DNA from: Promethearchaeota archaeon
GTDB lineage: Archaea; Asgardarchaeota; Thorarchaeia; Thorarchaeales; Thorarchaeaceae
Direction of reading: 5' to 3'
Assembly (NCBI GenBank): GCA_014728035.1
Contig: WJMJ01000007.1
Location: forward strand, 1-37,383
Length of the DNA stretch: 37,383 nucleotides
Position 1 is the stretch's first letter; each line of letters begins with the position of its first letter. Shown in pieces: positions 36,486-37,383 of this stretch. A model generated the notes under the pieces. The model did no database searches, was not told where the DNA came from, and was given only the letters and a program-made list of their open reading frames with translations. Made by a program: the position numbers and the translations under genes.

Positions 36486-37383
36486 ATGAGACCACTAACC
36501 GCTAGACAAAGAATGTTCCTCCGTTCTCCCAATGCAAATGTTGTAATGGTTGGAAGAATAAGAGGAGCATTTTCTATTTCAGAAATTGAAGATACCTTGA
36601 TTTCTCTAGAAAAGATTCATCCACTACTGAGAGTAAAAATTCATTTAGACGACGATAACAAAGCGTGGTTTTCTCAAGAAGTAGAAAAATCAATCTCAGT
36701 CGAGTTCGTGACCGGAGATTGGAAAAGTGTTGCAAAGGATGAATTAGAATATCAACATCCGGTATTTGAAGGCCCCCTTATTCGCTTCAGGCTGATTGAA
36801 AAAGGTGATGATATTCATGTAGTAATCAATTGCCATCATTCCATATGTGATGCATTATCCATAGTCTACCTTTTCAGAGACCTACTTCAAATATTATCAG
36901 GAGATGCAGAGGAACAGCAGGTTATTGATCCTGTCCTGGTTTCAGAAGAAAGTGTGCCTGTTGGAATCAAAGGTAATTTTCTCGTAAGATGGCTTATGGG
37001 TCGATTCAACAAGAAGTGGCATTCAGCAGGTCACAAGATAGAAAATAGTGATTTTGATGAAATTCCCGAACTCTTCTGGAAATCTAATTCATTTGAGATC
37101 CACTCAAAGCAGCTAACTGACGACGAAACCTCACAGATAATCAAACGAGCTAAAGACCATGACATAACTGTAGGGAGTTTCTTACTGACCGCATTGATTG
37201 CAAGCCAGCAACAAGTGCAAAAGGAAAAAGAATACCACGAACAGATAGTTGTTTCAGTAGATTTCCGAGATAGACTGCAACCTGATCCTGGTGATGCATT
37301 TTGCTTCTATGCTTCAGCTGTGAGACCTAAGATAAAATACGACAAAGGAAAGACTGTATGGGAAAATAGTGAATCCGTATATA
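36486..37383 (+). CDS. Condensation-domain / CoA-dependent acyltransferase (PapA5/AATase-like), truncated by window end
   Basis: Manual translation: MRPLTARQRMF...HPLLRVKI...GPLIRFRL...CHHSICDALS (HHxxxD)...AKDHDITVGS...VSVDFRDRL; open to the window end; GGTGA SD. Confidence 0.85.
   Translation, partial: MRPLTARQRMFLRSPNANVVMVGRIRGAFSISEIEDTLISLEKIHPLLRVKIHLDDDNKAWFSQEVEKSISVEFVTGDWKSVAKDELEYQHPVFEGPLIRFRLIEKGDDIHVVINCHHSICDALSIVYLFRDLLQILSGDAEEQQVIDPVLVSEESVPVGIKGNFLVRWLMGRFNKKWHSAGHKIENSDFDEIPELFWKSNSFEIHSKQLTDDETSQIIKRAKDHDITVGSFLLTALIASQQQVQKEKEYHEQIVVSVDFRDRLQPDPGDAFCFYASAVRPKIKYDKGKTVWENSESVY

Noticed and set aside
1-37383. CRISPR arrays, tRNA/rRNA genes, transposases, integrases
   Set aside because: No regularly spaced repeats, cloverleaf or T-loop signatures, or recombinase/transposase motifs seen

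Overview
Low-GC, gene-dense archaeal chromosomal segment with about 35 CDS. I found no rRNA, tRNA, CRISPR array or transposase. The gene content (geranylgeranyl reductase, TrmB regulator, a profilin-like protein, large Ig-rich surface proteins, a TRAP-beta-like domain) points to an Asgard archaeon, probably Thorarchaeia; this is an inference. Routine content: HEPN-MNT toxin-antitoxin pair, flavodoxin, agmatinase-family enzyme, nucleoside-type ABC transporter operon, MDR and SDR dehydrogenases, alpha/beta hydrolase, GT2, and a partial condensation-domain acyltransferase at the right edge that is missing from the ORF track. Most unusual elements: (1) a secreted protein with tandem caspase-like domains, the first lacking and the second retaining the His-Cys dyad; (2) a membrane histidine kinase with a degenerate ATP-binding domain, followed by a profilin-like gene rather than a response regulator; (3) an ABC ATPase with a transmembrane hairpin inserted in NBD1; (4) a probable ATT start codon behind a perfect Shine-Dalgarno; (5) recurrent bacterial-style hairpin plus T-tract terminators. 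All family assignments come from recognising motifs by eye, not from database searches.
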